Shown: piece after piece, positions 1 through 13,499 of the stretch
Layout: each line of letters opens with the position of its first letter
Numbering within the stretch: position 1 is the first letter of the stretch
NCBI GenBank assembly: GCA_030704615.1
Contig: CM060733.1
Coordinates: 2,604,001 to 2,668,000, forward strand
DNA: 64,000 bases
Direction: 5' to 3'
Source of the DNA: Takakia lepidozioides
Taxonomy: Eukaryota; Plantae; Bryophyta
The notes under the pieces: model-generated
Seen by the model: the letters and a program-made list of their open reading frames with translations, nothing else
Told to the model about the DNA's origin: nothing
Databases searched by the model: none
Made by a program: the position numbers and the translations under genes

Positions 1-218
1 TGTAGTATAAGGGAACCACTTGCGAGTGTGTGAGGGTGGGCGTCTATTGTTGAGCTCTTGAGCTTCCTGTGGACATGATAGAGTTCCTCATTTTTCCTTT
101 TTCTACTATCACATCTGTCAGGCCAGCCCAAAGCTAGGCTAAAAGAGGAGCTGTGAGATTGCGCTACACAAAGCATGGTCCAAAGAGTAAGAGAAGGATG
201 TGTTTCTTCCAGAACCTA

Positions 219-3145
219 CCTCTGGTTTACCTGAAGACAGAATGCGCACTAGCGATGACTTGCCCACATTGGGGGCACCCACAAGGCAAAGGGTCGGTGT
301 CCGAGGATGCACCACCGGCATTGCTCTCAATATCTGAAACAAAAATTGCTGATGCATTAGACAAAGCTTGAGAGGGGAGGAAGAAATGAAATAAAATAAA
401 ATGATACTGACAAGAGGGAACAGATGGAACTCACTCCAGTAGTGGGACTTGCCTTGGTATAAATAATCGATACAGGCTTTCCACATTTCATTTAGAACGC
501 CCTTCACACAAGCATCAATATGCTGTGTGTGAGCTGTCCAGCAATTAGACCCTGGGCTGTAGGCTCAGCCTCGAGATTTTGGAAGGTAGTGGACAGAGGT
601 GCAGGGACTATGTTCTGGATGGTCCTGAAGAGGGTCACTCTCTGATGAGAATACCCCAGACATTGTATAAGAAAATGGATATTGTCTTCAGGCCGCCCGT
701 ACATCATGCATTGACAATCTCCCTTCATTTATTATTCAAAGATGTCCCCCGAGTTTAAATTTCAGTTCAGGGACAAGGGTATGTTCCAGACAGAGACAGA
801 CAGACAGAAAGAAAGACATCTGGAGGATGCCAAGAGACAGAAGTAGAACAATACCATTGAAACACAAAGAAGAGAGAGACTGAAAAATAAACAAAGAAAG
901 ACGCTTTGCAAAAATCCACGGGGGGCCCAAGAAAGGAAAAAAAAATTCTGAGTCCAGAAGGCAGTGGGAGGGAGAGGCAGACATGACATGAGTCTATCCA
1001 GTGCATGGTCATCGATAAAAGGCAGACAAACTTCTGACCCTTCTACCACTAATTACCAGATAGAGCTTTTTGAATATGACGTTTAGGTAAGAAACCATCT
1101 CAAGACCGACCTTTGCAATCTCTTTCAAGTCATCAACAGCTTTGCCGTGTCGCTTGAACAGCTCCTCCAGCCTAGCAAACCCCTGCAATACAGATTCATT
1201 GTTGAAGATAAGGAAATGAATCCTTTGGGATTCCCTTCATGGTCCAGGCCAATAATGAAATGTAGAGAAACACACCAATGCAGAGGTGTGTACCTCATCC
1301 AGGCGCTCCCCAGCCTCACGCTTGGTGGTTGACTGTATCATCCAACTCCAGAGCTTAAGTCACTGACCACATTCCTACTTGTAACTGTAAGAAACTCCAA
1401 ACAAATCCAATGCCTGGACTTGCCTTGATCCACATAGCAGAAACAGAAAAGGAGAAGAGAGGACAAAACCACAGAATGTGAGATGCTTGGGAGGACATAA
1501 GAGGACCCCAACCTTGGCACACAGAGATGCACAGTTCTTCCCAAAATCCAATATCTTCTTGCGGAGCAGATCAACCCTTTCCAAAGTCTGCACAAAGCCA
1601 TTAAGAATCCAAAGTGGGTAGTTGGAATGGTGATTGTGAAATTATTGCCTTAATAGTTTCAATGTATATACCCACAAGAGTAGAAAATATCAAAAACGAT
1701 AGCGTTGACTCGACAGTTTGAGATTATGGACGATCAGAGGCTTATGGCCAATGGACAGCTGCAAATGTACCTCTTCATACTTGCCTGGCCCAAGAGTAAG
1801 CTCAAGGAGAGAGTGCTCATAAGGATGCAGCTGAAACCTCTGTGGAAATTTCTGGATGTATGTTCTTAGTGGCATTGACAACTCCTGCATATTTCACATA
1901 CAACTATTACTTTGCATGCATGGCATAAGACTTCTGACCCACAGTGCCAGGCCCTCGCTTCAACACTTACACTCAAGAGTTCCAAGGGTTCCACACCCAG
2001 GAGGACAGACAAAAGGCTTCGCTATACGATGCCAGCGAGAAAAATCCATTATTCAGTTTGATTTTCTGTACAACAACGGAATGTTTTCGCTGGTCTTGCG
2101 CGGAAGGCATACCATGAAGTTGACAAAGTAAGTACCAACCCATTTTGTTACAGTAAATAACAGTTGCTAACTTGAGACAAGAAGGCAGCCCTGAAGCATG
2201 ACAGAGAACCTGCAAGAAAATTGTTCCTTGCCTTCGTAAGAGCATCCAGTTGCTTGGCCCCACGATTTCGCTCCCGTTTTGCCGCATTCATTATACCTGG
2301 TAATAGCCACTATGGTCATAACCTAAAGTGTCTGACAGTTCAAAAATAGTGTAAAAAGCTCTCCACACGAAACTGTTGTTGTGATGCTAGAGTAAACATC
2401 ATTGTCCCAGGGAATGATGCGCACCAAGAGGGGGTGGTCACCAAAATTTTCATAGGCAATGAAAGGCCCTACAACACCTCCACTTGCATGTGGAGAGGGA
2501 GAAAGAGAAAATACAGGCAGACCTTTTGTGGGTCGGACCATCTTGGCTCGCCTCAACCCTGACCCAAGAATCTCATAAGAAGGAGACACCATTGGCAGTT
2601 GCTGGAAAGCTCCCACCTCCCGTTGCTTGATAGTAGCCTACATAGAATCGAATATGAATTTTCCCTCACACCTCTTATGGTGAACTCATGAACATATATT
2701 CCAATGAATACCACAAACAAACCTCAATTCCTTGCTTAAATTCTCAACTTGCCATTCAAATGGAAATAGAACCTTGGAATTAGACTCCACAGCATTGTCC
2801 AGCTGTAGCAGCTCCTCCAATTCATTAACATCATCTTCTTGAAGGTCCCCACCAGCCACTGCAATAGAGACACTCTGTGTTGCTCTTCCCAGTTTTGCCA
2901 CGGGGAAATTAAGGGCTCCCAAGCTACTTGTGGAGAATGACCTTGCTTTGTGACCTGCTCAGCCTCATCCCCAGAAAATTACTCTTCCATCAGTTACAGT
3001 CCACAGGTATGTGAGGATAGATTTCAATCAGTGGTTCATGGCCATGATGTGGCGATTTACATGTTCAGTTGCGAGTACTTAGAAGAGTTCACTAGGTCTT
3101 ACCAAATATCCCACGATGGAGCCCACTGCTGGATATGCTTGCCAT
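219..3145 (-). CDS. NOG1-family (nucleolar GTP-binding protein 1-like) GTPase, plastid-type; 5' part only, gene continues past the left edge
   Basis: Exons assembled by hand: 3145-3103, 2954-2773, 2637-2523, 2296-2232, 1884-~1771, ~1587-1513, ~1333-1295, ~1182-1111, ~333-219. The product begins MASISSSGLHRGIFGHKARSFSTSSLG (transit-peptide-like), continues VGAFQQLPMV...AKQLDALTKELSMPL...LHPYEHSLLELTLG (NOG1 N-terminal helical domain), and has the P-loop LVGAPNVGKSSLV. Confidence 0.88.
385..730 (-). mobile_element. Degenerate non-LTR retrotransposon (RTE-like) 3' fragment in a NOG1-like intron
   Basis: Encodes CQCMMYGRPEDNIHFLIQCLGYSHQRVTLFRTI, resembling the Cys/His motif at the LINE ORF2 C-terminus. 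A related copy lies at ~31440-31690 (+). Confidence 0.6.
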
Positions 3146-3713
3146 ACAAATATTCCATTGAAGATACATTCAAGGTAGCAAAGAAGTACCTGAGAATGTG
3201 CAGATTTTACAACGCCATGGATTAGTCAAAATGCAGGCAATACTTGGTCTGGGCCAAGCTCCGGGTAGATAAGATCGTGCTGGGCGACACTTGGAAAGGC
3301 AGGATTTTAATACGGAAATGTGTGGAATTACAGTTCGCATTGTCATCTGCATCGTTCTCCCTTCAGATAATTAAAGTGTCCACTCTCAGAACTGCCTTCT
3401 TGGGAGAGGCTTACTTAACGCTGAAGAATACTTCCGAAGATACATATCCTTTCTTCCTTCGATTCTGACATATTCAAGAGGATACCCAACGTTGCTGTAT
3501 ATACAACCGATGTTGTAAGCACAAAAATAGTTTGTCCTCAACATCTCACAGCTGCTTTGGAAGATTCATTCACGATCGCTGTTGCCCATACACCCTCCCC
3601 GAAACTCTCTCTCTGTCTCTCTCACAGCTAGCAATCTCAAGGCACCGACAGTGTGACTGGCGCTAAAATTTTCCTCACGCCACATGCTGGAATCTCTTAG
3701 TACGCACAGAACC

Positions 3714-4280
3714 CATTTCAGCTCCGTTGAAAAACCTAAATCTTTGGTGCCTCTGGTCCATCCATATCTACAGATGAACAAAACCCCTGGATGAATAGTT
3801 CACGGGAAACTTCCCAGTGATCTTGGTTTCTGGTTTCTGTAATAAGCATGTCCGCATTTTCAAGGACGACGATGTGTGAAGTGTATATGACAGACCCCGG
3901 TGGTGTGAAAGTTTGAGATTCCATGGCTTCTCCTACATGTTCTTCAGTCAACCAAGTCTGCACATTTCATAATTTCAGAATTTCACGACATTGAAAGCAG
4001 CTTCTAAAACAACAATTTTCTCTAATGGAAGTAGTCCGCTCAGCAGCCTTGGTTTTCCAAATTTAGGCATGGCAGTGTGCACTTGTCTCGCACATCTGAT
4101 CCAGATGGGTCTTCATCATTCAAGGAATTTTCTTCCAGTTCTTTTTTAGTACGGATTTTCTACATATCTACCCTACTTCAACTCATTATCTCTGAGAGTT
4201 CTGAATTGTCGCTCCGAGTTAATGCATCTATTTTGGTTTTCCCCTGTTGTGGGACCCGCTCTAAGAAGCAAGTTGTGCGA
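3714..4280. repeat. Dispersed duplicate of ~15041-15880 (degenerate coding-like fragment)
   Basis: Long shared strings in the same orientation, e.g. aaaaacctaaatctttggtgcctctggtccatccatatctacagatgaa and gtgcacttgtctcgcacatctgatcc. Confidence 0.85.
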
Positions 4281-5283
4281 TAAAACCACCTCGGCTGTTT
4301 CTATGTGCTAGTTTCATATGACGTGTCTTGAGCTTGGAGGAGATGCGGACTTCCTCTTAAACAACCCTCACAATTGCAAGGGGTTGTACTCAAAAAAACA
4401 AGTTTTGCACGCAGTAGTGAGGCACTGAGACGCATAGAGGATCGGGTTGTCAATTATAAACATATGTAACAAAACGGCATCTGATTGTTAGTTCAAGTAG
4501 AAGCTACTTGCTTCCTGCAGGTACGTGTTATGAAGTTGTCTTGCAGACACTCGGCCTGGGACATGATTATTCGATAGTGTGGTAGGAAGGGCATTGATTG
4601 CTTTGGAAACTTCAACCTTCCCTTTCTGTAGGAACAACCTCACGGTTGGTGGAGGTCATGGGCATCGTGAAGCCTGGATAAGGCCCTTTGCTTGCTTCTG
4701 AAATTGACATTCTTCCTTTCTTATAGAGAGTACTGTATATAAGATCATCTCATTGTGTCAATCTGTTATCTTTTGTGAATGTTTATTGTAACAAGCTCTG
4801 TATGAACAGGGGATACTGAAATTGTCACATTTTCTGTTCCCCAAAAGTCATATGACAACAAATCCAAAACGTTGCAAACCATTTTCTTGTGTATGTGTAT
4901 GGTACACAAAATGGCGGAGCAAAGTCTTTAGTCTTGTAACTGGTGAATGAGAATTTTATTCAAATTCGAAGACGATTATTCAATTCAACGAAACACAAAT
5001 GAAGCCCCACAATTTGGGTGGTTTGTTCCCGACACTAACCTCAAGGGAGCCACGATATGAAGCTGCAAGATCTGTAGCTTTGGAACGTTAAGACCTGTCG
5101 CAAATTGAGCAAATCGCTGTTGGCATCAGAACTCCTATTTTTCAGTTACAGATTTTTATATCTGTTAATGACACGGCGAGGGTGCGAGCAGAATTCAGTA
5201 GAGCAATCTCTGTTCCTTGAAAGAAATTGGTTGCCGATGGCTTACTGTTACTTGAGGCATGTTGATGCTGGAGATCTATGTAT

Positions 5284-8200
5284 TTATCCAAGATCGGCAG
5301 AGGTGGTTGGCATGCACTGGGGGGAGGAGCTGGTGTCGCATCCGAGGACGTCAGAGTAGGCTCTGGTGATAGTGAAGCTGTCCACCACAGCATTGTCTGC
5401 GCTGTGCTTGTACTCGAATAGCAAGTGCTGGTGATTGGTTGCAGTTAACTTGGTGTATCCAAATGCAATGTCCTTGAAGAGGGACCAAGTAGTGTTGGTG
5501 AGGCCGTATCCCGCAAGTTCCCTACCTGCCCCTCCCGTCACAATGTGGATCGTAGCGTTGAAGTGACCTGCATATGCATTGGTGAAGGTGCTGGTCAGGG
5601 GCACACAATTGCTCTGCGTGCACAAAACAAGACCAGATCTGTAAGTGCAATTCCACATCCAACCCCGTAACCCTGGTACTAACTTGTACCAGCTTATTAG
5701 TACGATTTGGATGTGGGGCGTGGCGCAAGGGAACAACATTGTACCTCATAGACAGGGCATGTTCGCTCGTAATTGTGCACATGTCCATAGAAGGCGATGT
5801 CGACCTTATGCTTCTGCCACAAATCTTGCAAGTTATCGCGTCCCATGGGTTCGCCGAATGTACCCAAGACTTGATATTCGTCAGCAGACGAGTACCCAAG
5901 CACACGATGTGCCATGAAGATCGACCAGGGCTGTGACCTGCGGTCGACGGAACCCAAACACTTATCCAACCATTTCCATTGCTCAGAGCCCCTCCTCCAA
6001 TCTTCCTCAGAGTCGGCCACACAGAAGTGGAACATCCCATAATTTGCTTCGTACCTGTAGAGAATTTGTGAATCAGCGAAACAGAGTTAGGGTGAGACTG
6101 GACTGTGTACAATGTAACCTAATTAGAGAGCATCAAGAGTCAAAGTGAAGAAAACTGGAATGATGAATGGGTGAATCATGTAACATTCGGAGGTGCATCA
6201 TTTACCAGAATTTGTCCTTGTTCTTGGTGGGCATGTAGTAAGTGGTCTCGGTCGGCCCACCACATTCACCACCAGAATCCTTGTTTTGATAGAATGAGCT
6301 AGTTCCAGGCCAGTCACGTTCATGGTTACCGCTGTAATGGTCAGGCAGAGCATGAAATTAGCGCTTGAAATGTATTACGTAACCCATGATTGTAGGAATA
6401 GACTAGGGTCCGTAATTGTAAGACCATTTGCAAGCATTCCGTATAGTCTGCGACCAGGAGTGGAGCAGGGAAGAGGATTTTGACGAATTACCTGGAAAGC
6501 ATGTAAGGCACAGTCTTGGTGATGGTAGAAACCTGCTCTACGTACTGGTCCCATTCTGCAATGTACCCATTCGCATACACGATATCTCCGTTGTGGAACA
6601 CAAGGTCGATGTTGGCAAGATCCTTAACAATTGCATCAGTGGTGTTCAGAGCTCCAGGTTGAGTATTTATGTATTCGTTAGATCCATCGCGTTCGTGCTG
6701 TTGCACACAAATGGAGAAACGTTACAGTGTAATAATTGGAGCATGCACCAATTCTTCGAGTTCACAAACTGTAAAACCTTATCATGTATCTGTATGAAAA
6801 TTTGAAGGAATGGCTTACCTTTCCCATGTCTCCGAAAATAACAACACGCTGCGGGGAGTCTTCGCCAGGGCCAGGAGAGGACTTGAAGGAATTCATTTCG
6901 CCCCATACGTAGTGTCCATTCTTCAACTTGTGTCCCACCTTGTAGAAGTACCTATTGGATTATACATGGTTTCAATTTCAAGCATCAGAGTCTCATCAGA
7001 GTCTTGCAAGAATTGAAACTCCCGGACAATGTGGACGTAGAAGCAATAAGTACACATTGGACAAGGATCGACACTCACATGGAGCTAGGCCACAACCCCT
7101 CGAGGAAGGCGGTGTGCATGTAACCTGGATCTCTCCATCCAATGGTGCTTGCAGGTGGTCCTAATCTCACAACCACATATAACCATCTTCTCAGAGTTTA
7201 CCCAGGATGAGGATTACAACCGGGGATACGCTCTCTTTCAAGGGAAATCAATCGCAAACAGATTCTACCCAGGTGATCTGTAGGCTGTGACAAAAAATAG
7301 ACTGGAGTTGATTCATTGTCCATCCTTCCATCAAATTGGCTGCCCAGATTGCTGAACTAGAGAACTCACCGCACATATCAGACTTCTTGTAAGTGCGAGT
7401 GATAGCGAGGACGGTGGTCCATGATGCGTCTTCCTCCCACTTGTAGGCCACTACTGGCCGTGCGTCTGCATTGCTGTACCCACTTGTCCAGGTCACGGTA
7501 ATCTGCAGTGTTCAAATATTGAAATTATGTACTCTTCACAGGGGTAAAATGCAAGGATCTTTAAGACTGACTACTACATTCTCGGCTATCCTAAACGAAA
7601 TCGCTGTTCTCTACTATCTCCCTTGAGTTATTCTCGACAAATGCCTTCACACATCCACAAGCGCTGAAATACAGTGTAGGGAATGGCTGTTGCTCACTTC
7701 ATCCCATTCTTTTCCAAGAGCCAGCCTTGGCCAAAGTGGGGCATTGGGATTTTTGAAGCTGATGGCCTTGGACATGCCCTCCAGAACCGGCTGTACACCC
7801 AAATCCATAACCTCAGAGATTAGCGACTGGATAAACATCCCTCCATGCTAAACAAAATGAGCGGGCTCAGAGGAATCCGTTTGAATTTCTTATTCTTGTA
7901 GATGTGTTAAAGACTGACCACGAAATACAAAGATATTGGTGATAGGATGAACCAGATGTATTCCAGGTCAACTGTCTAGAAGACATCGGTGATTTATTGG
8001 CCTTTCGTTGCAAATCACAGTGAACCATAAAAAGAAATAGACTTGAGCTGGCTCATACACCTTCGCTGCATTCAATCGATTCTTACCTTGTCAAGACCTC
8101 CAGAGAAGAATCCGAATGCGTAGTCGTAGCGCTGGTTGATCAGCCTGAAGCTGTAAGAGCCATTTCCACTCTTCACATAGTTTGAAGACTTGTTTGCAAA

Positions 8201-9603
8201 AATCAACTGCACATCAACACAGGTTTTAGAGGAGTATCCGTATTTTGTGGTTTAGGAGATGATCCACAGGACGGAAAAATGGTCTTCCTTTGAACAAGAT
8301 ATTATTTACATGATTCGGCATCTAGGAAGAGCTGACGACTGGAAAACTCTGTCCTCTGGTGTTATGGGTAGAGACGAATCTTCATCTTCTTGTTACCTTG
8401 ATGGGAGAGGAGCAGATGTAAGGAGACTGGTCCGTCTGTTGAGTTAGATTCAAGTCTTGCGTGCATTCAGCACCACTGCGGAATACAATCATCTCATAAA
8501 GTCAGCTTCAATTTCGGTGGATTAAATGGCTTCCCCATGGCGTCCTTGAAACACTGTGGCCTTATTAAGAGCCCATCATGGCATCCTTCTAGATAAGGAG
8601 AATCGATCGCACAGGGTGGCTGTAAGTATTTGTAACTCCCATTTACAACTATGAGCACCGTAGAAGAGAGTTACTATCTTGTAGAAGCTTGTGACTATCT
8701 TCGTGGGTTTGACAAGCCCTATCATCATCTTGACCATGAAATTTACATCATGAATGTGTTGCTGTTTTTAGAAAGATCAGTGGCACTCGTCTAACAGCTT
8801 CGTCTTCATAACCACAACGTCATGTTCTTTCGTAAACTAGTGCACGTACTTGAAGTTGGCAGGAGAGAACAGCCCAATCCAGTCGGAGGCAGCTGCTCCC
8901 GTTGTCTTTGAGAATGTGACGGTGACCCAGGCAAACGATTCCCCCTGTACACATCGTTTAATGAATTCACAAGTAAGAGTTGACATTATATTTGTTTGTG
9001 TGCACAGTTTACAAAAGGCTACGTTTGATGAGCCTTGCGGACATGTCCCAGGTTTGAAGATTATCACACGCAAAAATAAACAATTCGAGTTATTTTGAGT
9101 AAGCTTGAGGGACACAGGACACCGCAGCGATATAATACTGAGAATTACATCACTTGTCTCTTTAATAAGACTATCTCATGCTGTGATGGAGGGACGCTCT
9201 TGGTATGGATTTACGAACTCCATACGGGATAACACGGAGCTTACAACTTCAGCTCTATTCGCAAAGCTTACTGGTATGACAAACTTCAACTGGAGTTGTA
9301 GCTAGGGTGTTCCTCGACGCTGTTGCAATTGCCTTCCGAGATACTGTTACTTGCAAGGTACTAAAAAAGAAGAGGTGGAATGTTTGAAAAGAGAATGGTC
9401 AGATTGTGTACTTTGAGGCCAAGAGTCTCATTACTGACGCTGATGTTTACAGCGGGGTTCATAGCAGTGAGCTGGCGATGCAGAGCAACGAGAGACAAGG
9501 GTTGATTAGGATCGACTCTGTTCTCCCTGGAATGAGCAGCTGCTAAGCATGGCAACAAGAGCAGGAGTGATAGGGACACGAGGAGCTGCAAAGATCGATC
9601 CAT
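5284..9603 (-). CDS. Purple acid phosphatase / nucleotide pyrophosphatase-phosphodiesterase (PAP1/PAP24/PAP27 type), secreted
   Basis: About 12 exons. Signal peptide MDRSLQLLVSLSLLLLLPCLAAA. Metallophosphoesterase motifs FGDMGK, NGDIVYANG, GNHERD, FMAHRVLGYS and YGHVHNYERTCP; C-terminal TIHIVTGGAG...DVLGCD; stop at 5284-5286. Confidence 0.95.
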
Positions 9604-10358
9604 CTTGATACTCCAGCATATGTCTGCCGTAATCATAAGCAACATACACCCATGAATTAGCGTATCCTACCACACTCCAAGCAGCATAAGAAAAACCTGG
9701 GTCTGCCGTCTGTGTGTGTGGGTGATGTGTAGAACGCACAAAATCACTACACTCTTGGTACTAACAACTCAGATTCAGAACGACACTGGATTTTCAAACT
9801 TGAAATTGGAAACTTAAGTGTGCACTTGAGCATAGACATCTCAACGTCAATGAATCGGTAATCTTCAAAATCAAAACAGCACAATGACAACCGATTGTCA
9901 AATTCAGTGTACGAACCAAGAGCCATACATGCAGAGCTACCTTTGTCATGAAAAACTTCAGGATAACACTTCAGCTACTTCTGCGATTAGTACCAAGCTT
10001 GGAAATTTCTCTATAAACTAGTTGTATACCGAAACCACAGTGACGCACCAGTTAGATGAAGAATGCATTCTCAAAGGATCCAGGGTGCTGGATGAAGAGG
10101 ATTCCACTTATCAGAGGACTCTTGGGGACAAATAGGTTGTTTATAAATGCAGGCTGTTGAAGAAGTGCTGGTTGCCTCAGCAGCACGACGATTAAGTTAT
10201 CATGTCTTGCTCCGGTTTGGCATTATCCAACTTGTCATTATCCTATTTGTGATAAGTTTACACTTGGGACGTTGTTCCCTCATTTTTGGTGATACAATCA
10301 AGATGTGATAGTAACGAGAGTGACCTAACTTACCCAACGAGAGTGACCTAACTCAACT

Positions 10359-10482
10359 TTGGGTGGGATATTCAAAGTCATATACTGTTTGACCTTGTTG
10401 GGTGGGATATTCAAGGTCAGATACTGTTTGACCTTGAATGTCAAGGTTACTACAGTATATGACCTTGAATATCCCACCCAAA
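10359..10482. repeat. Short palindrome with a tandemly duplicated left arm
   Basis: ttgggtgggatattcaa(a/g)gtca(t/g)atactgtttgaccttg occurs twice, followed by the reverse complement acagtatatgaccttgaatatcccacccaa. Confidence 0.8.
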
Positions 10483-10574
10483 TTTGATGCCACACTGGAG
10501 AATGCCAGACTCGGCCATGTGCCGTGAGTGAGGCCCATACCAGTGTTGGACTGGTATCATGGTTTTTTGATGCC

Positions 10575-11235
10575 ACTAGGGTAAGGGTATTGGGGGTAGA
10601 GTCGAATTATTCAAACCAGTATGGTACTGGTATCAAATGATGTGTAAGTTTGATAGCATGGTATGATATAAATGGTATGGTATCAAAGTGAAAATCAGAC
10701 TGGTATGGTATTAAACAAATTTTTAAAAGTCATACCAGCCTGGTATGGTATTAAACAAATTTTTAAAAGTCATACCAGCCTGGTATGTGGTCTTGGTACC
10801 AGCCAGCTGCACTAGTGCAGTTCTTTCTAACTCTTAAAATAAAAAATAAAAAATAAAAAAATAAAAAAAATAGACCAAGTGGCCCATTCCAATATTGAAA
10901 TGGCCATTTGAATAGTTCAAATGGCCCCTAACTCTTCTTTATCACTCTTGAAGTGCAGAAACTAACACATTGCATTTCATCTACTCATCTTCAAACATAT
11001 TAGCATCCTATAACATCCCTAATGAAAACTACCCTAAACCCTACCCATGCATCCTCTCCCTAGAAGGGCGCATGCATGGTATTGGGGTGGTATTGCGAGG
11101 AAGACGACCACACTGGTCTGGTTTGCGCCAGGTTTTTTGAAGTCCATGTATCCTACCCCACCAAGGTATTGCCGGGTCTTGCCCTTGGAGGTACCCGCCT
11201 GGTATGATCCTTCATACCATTACCCTTACCCTAGT
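10575..11235. mobile_element. Non-autonomous TIR element (hAT-like MITE)
   Basis: Terminal inverted repeats actagggtaagggta / tacccttaccctagt. Flanks ttgatgcc / ttgatacc resemble an 8-bp TSD with one mismatch. Internal tggtat motifs and a ~41-bp tandem duplication (~10700-10786). Confidence 0.7.
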
Positions 11236-11276
11236 TGATACCTGTCCTAGACCTATATACCGGTCCAATACTGGCC

Positions 11277-11682
11277 CATACCACACTAGCGACACACCAA
11301 CGCCACTGACGTGGACATTGTAGGCTAGGGATTGTTGGATGATATAGGTCCATGTCACCAAGCGACAATGAATCGGCTACCTTATCTTTTCATTCTAAAA
11401 TAACCAATTCTTAGAACTTTAACATTATGTGGCTTTGCGATGGCGAGAGAATCTGTCATGACAAAATGTCGTCCTAAAATTGTGGATTTCCAGGGGACAC
11501 TGCCTGGAAATCCATATTTCACGGTAATGTAACATGTAGCTTGGCGCCAGTTTGGAGCCATGTCAACGCCTCTCCACTGCAGCAGCTAGTGTGGTAGGCA
11601 GAGCGGCACACTGCCCTCCCTTAACCCAATAGGAAGGTCCAAAATTGAGTGTCGTTGCCCCTCTTGCCGCTAGTGTGGTATC
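11277..11682. mobile_element. Second MITE-like element with inverted ends
   Basis: ataccacactagcg (~11278) and cgctagtgtggtat (~11668) are reverse complements; there is an extra internal gctagtgtggta at ~11584. Confidence 0.5.
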
Positions 11683-12855
11683 GCCTTTGTTGAGTCCCTA
11701 GGGAGTCCCAAGCACTCCGCCAGCCTTGATCCCAATGGTCCTCTTTGTTTTGTTCTATCTCTGTCAGAGCGGGCCTTGGTCATTCAAGACGTAATTCATG
11801 GAATAGCTATCACAAGCAGGACTAGGGTATCCCGCCGCCTATAGTTATGGGGCTTCATTTCTGATGAAAAGATAACTGGAAACAAAAGATAGAATGGTTT
11901 TGTTCAAAGATTCACGATCTCCCGCCTACTGTTTTCTTCTTTCTCGCACTCTGTTGTCAGACAACATTGCCCGATCGCCAGGCTCTCTTCCTCCAGGGAC
12001 GGCCAATTGAAACTACTGCACAAATATACTATCGAGACTTGAACTCTATATAAGTAGTCATCAGAATCATACAACCAATATACTGGTCATGATCAGTTTC
12101 ACATTTACAAGTGTTCTAATACATCATACTGTTCATTGGCATCTCAGCACTATTACCTGGAAGTCACAGTACAGATAAAACATAGCTACAAGCCCTGCAG
12201 CACAACAACGTAAGCAGAGTATGCACATCTAGGCAGACGCACACCCTAGCATCTATCGCGTATATCTGAGCAGCAATACAACAGCATAAAACAATACTAC
12301 ATAAATGGACACTTATATGAAAGCGGGAAAACAATGGTGACGTGTCAGTAGCATGTAGTCGTCGCTCTTGGTGACTCCATCGCTCCTGATTCATTCAGCG
12401 TAGTCACTTGCAGTAACTAACAAATGCAATGCTCACTGGCTTACTGATATATTCATCTCGGTCGACGCCTCCATTTCGTAGGAACGCTCATTACTGGTCA
12501 TGAGATACTGCAGCAATTCATTCAGAGGGCCAGATACGCCGCTTCCACACTTTTCTATGCATGTCTTCATAACTCGGCCTCTCCCATGGCGGCTAGCTTA
12601 AATGCGCGTTAGCCTTTTCTGGCAAATGACAATGTGATGTCGGCAACATAAGAGCATGACCAGCAGTGGCGCGGTAAACAAACATGCCAACGCCATTATA
12701 CTAGCCCACCTCCCACGGTAAAACCCCCCTCCCGGTGGGCGCACGGCTCAGATGCGCTCCAGGCTGAGATGCATACGTTGACTTGTGGGCCCTGCCACCT
12801 ACCCCGCCACCCGTCAGCACATGTGAGCGAGAATGCCCAGATAAGACGTTGTCGT

Positions 12856-12894
<39 letters not shown>
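12856..12894 (+). repeat. Poly-G homopolymer (39 nt)
   Basis: Direct count of the G run. Confidence 0.95.
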
Positions 12895-12896
<2 letters not shown>

Positions 12897-13336
12897 GGGG
12901 GGACGGCAACGGAATTCTAGATGTCGTGCTTGAAGAGCGGATTTGCAAGATGGCTGGCACTTTAAGGAGTGGAGTGCTGCTGCTGGGGAGGCGGGAAGAG
13001 CCCCGAAATTGCCAGCCGCGACATTTTGGAGTTGGCGCGTCTGCAATAGCCGCTGCTGGCCATGCTCGAAGTCTGAACTTCATTCTTCGGGATTCTGTGT
13101 GTACTCACTCGCTTTGTATTATCACAACGCAATTCCCTGTGAACTGCTTAATCTCCTAATCGGTTTCCTTCTCAATTGTGTGGTGTGTCAGAACAAAGGA
13201 GTTGCTCGACAACCTCTTCTACCAAGGCATCGTGCGATACTCCACCTATCCTCGCAATACAGATGTAGTATTTGTTGTGTGATGGCATAAGTGACCTACA
13301 AGGATTTCGTGTCTGTATCTCCTAAAAATTCCGCCT

Positions 13337-13485
13337 GGCATGCTTTCATAACTTGGCCTCTCCCATGGCGGCTAGCTTAAACGCGCATTTGCCTTTCCTA
13401 GCTATGACAAGGCATGCTTTCATAACTTGGCCTCTCCCATGGCGGCTAGCTGAAACGCGCATTTGCCTTTCCTAGCTATGACAAG
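13337..13485 (+). repeat. Tandem 74-bp repeat (x2) with a third diverged copy at ~12559-12632
   Basis: ggcatgctttcataacttggcctctcccatggcggctagc...gctatgacaa at 13337 and 13411; a similar unit at ~12559. Confidence 0.9.
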
Positions 13486-13499
13486 GTGGTGGTTCGATT

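Noticed and set aside
12696-13159. Poly-Pro / poly-Gly ORFs
   Set aside because: These are artefacts of the G homopolymer; there is no other protein signal.
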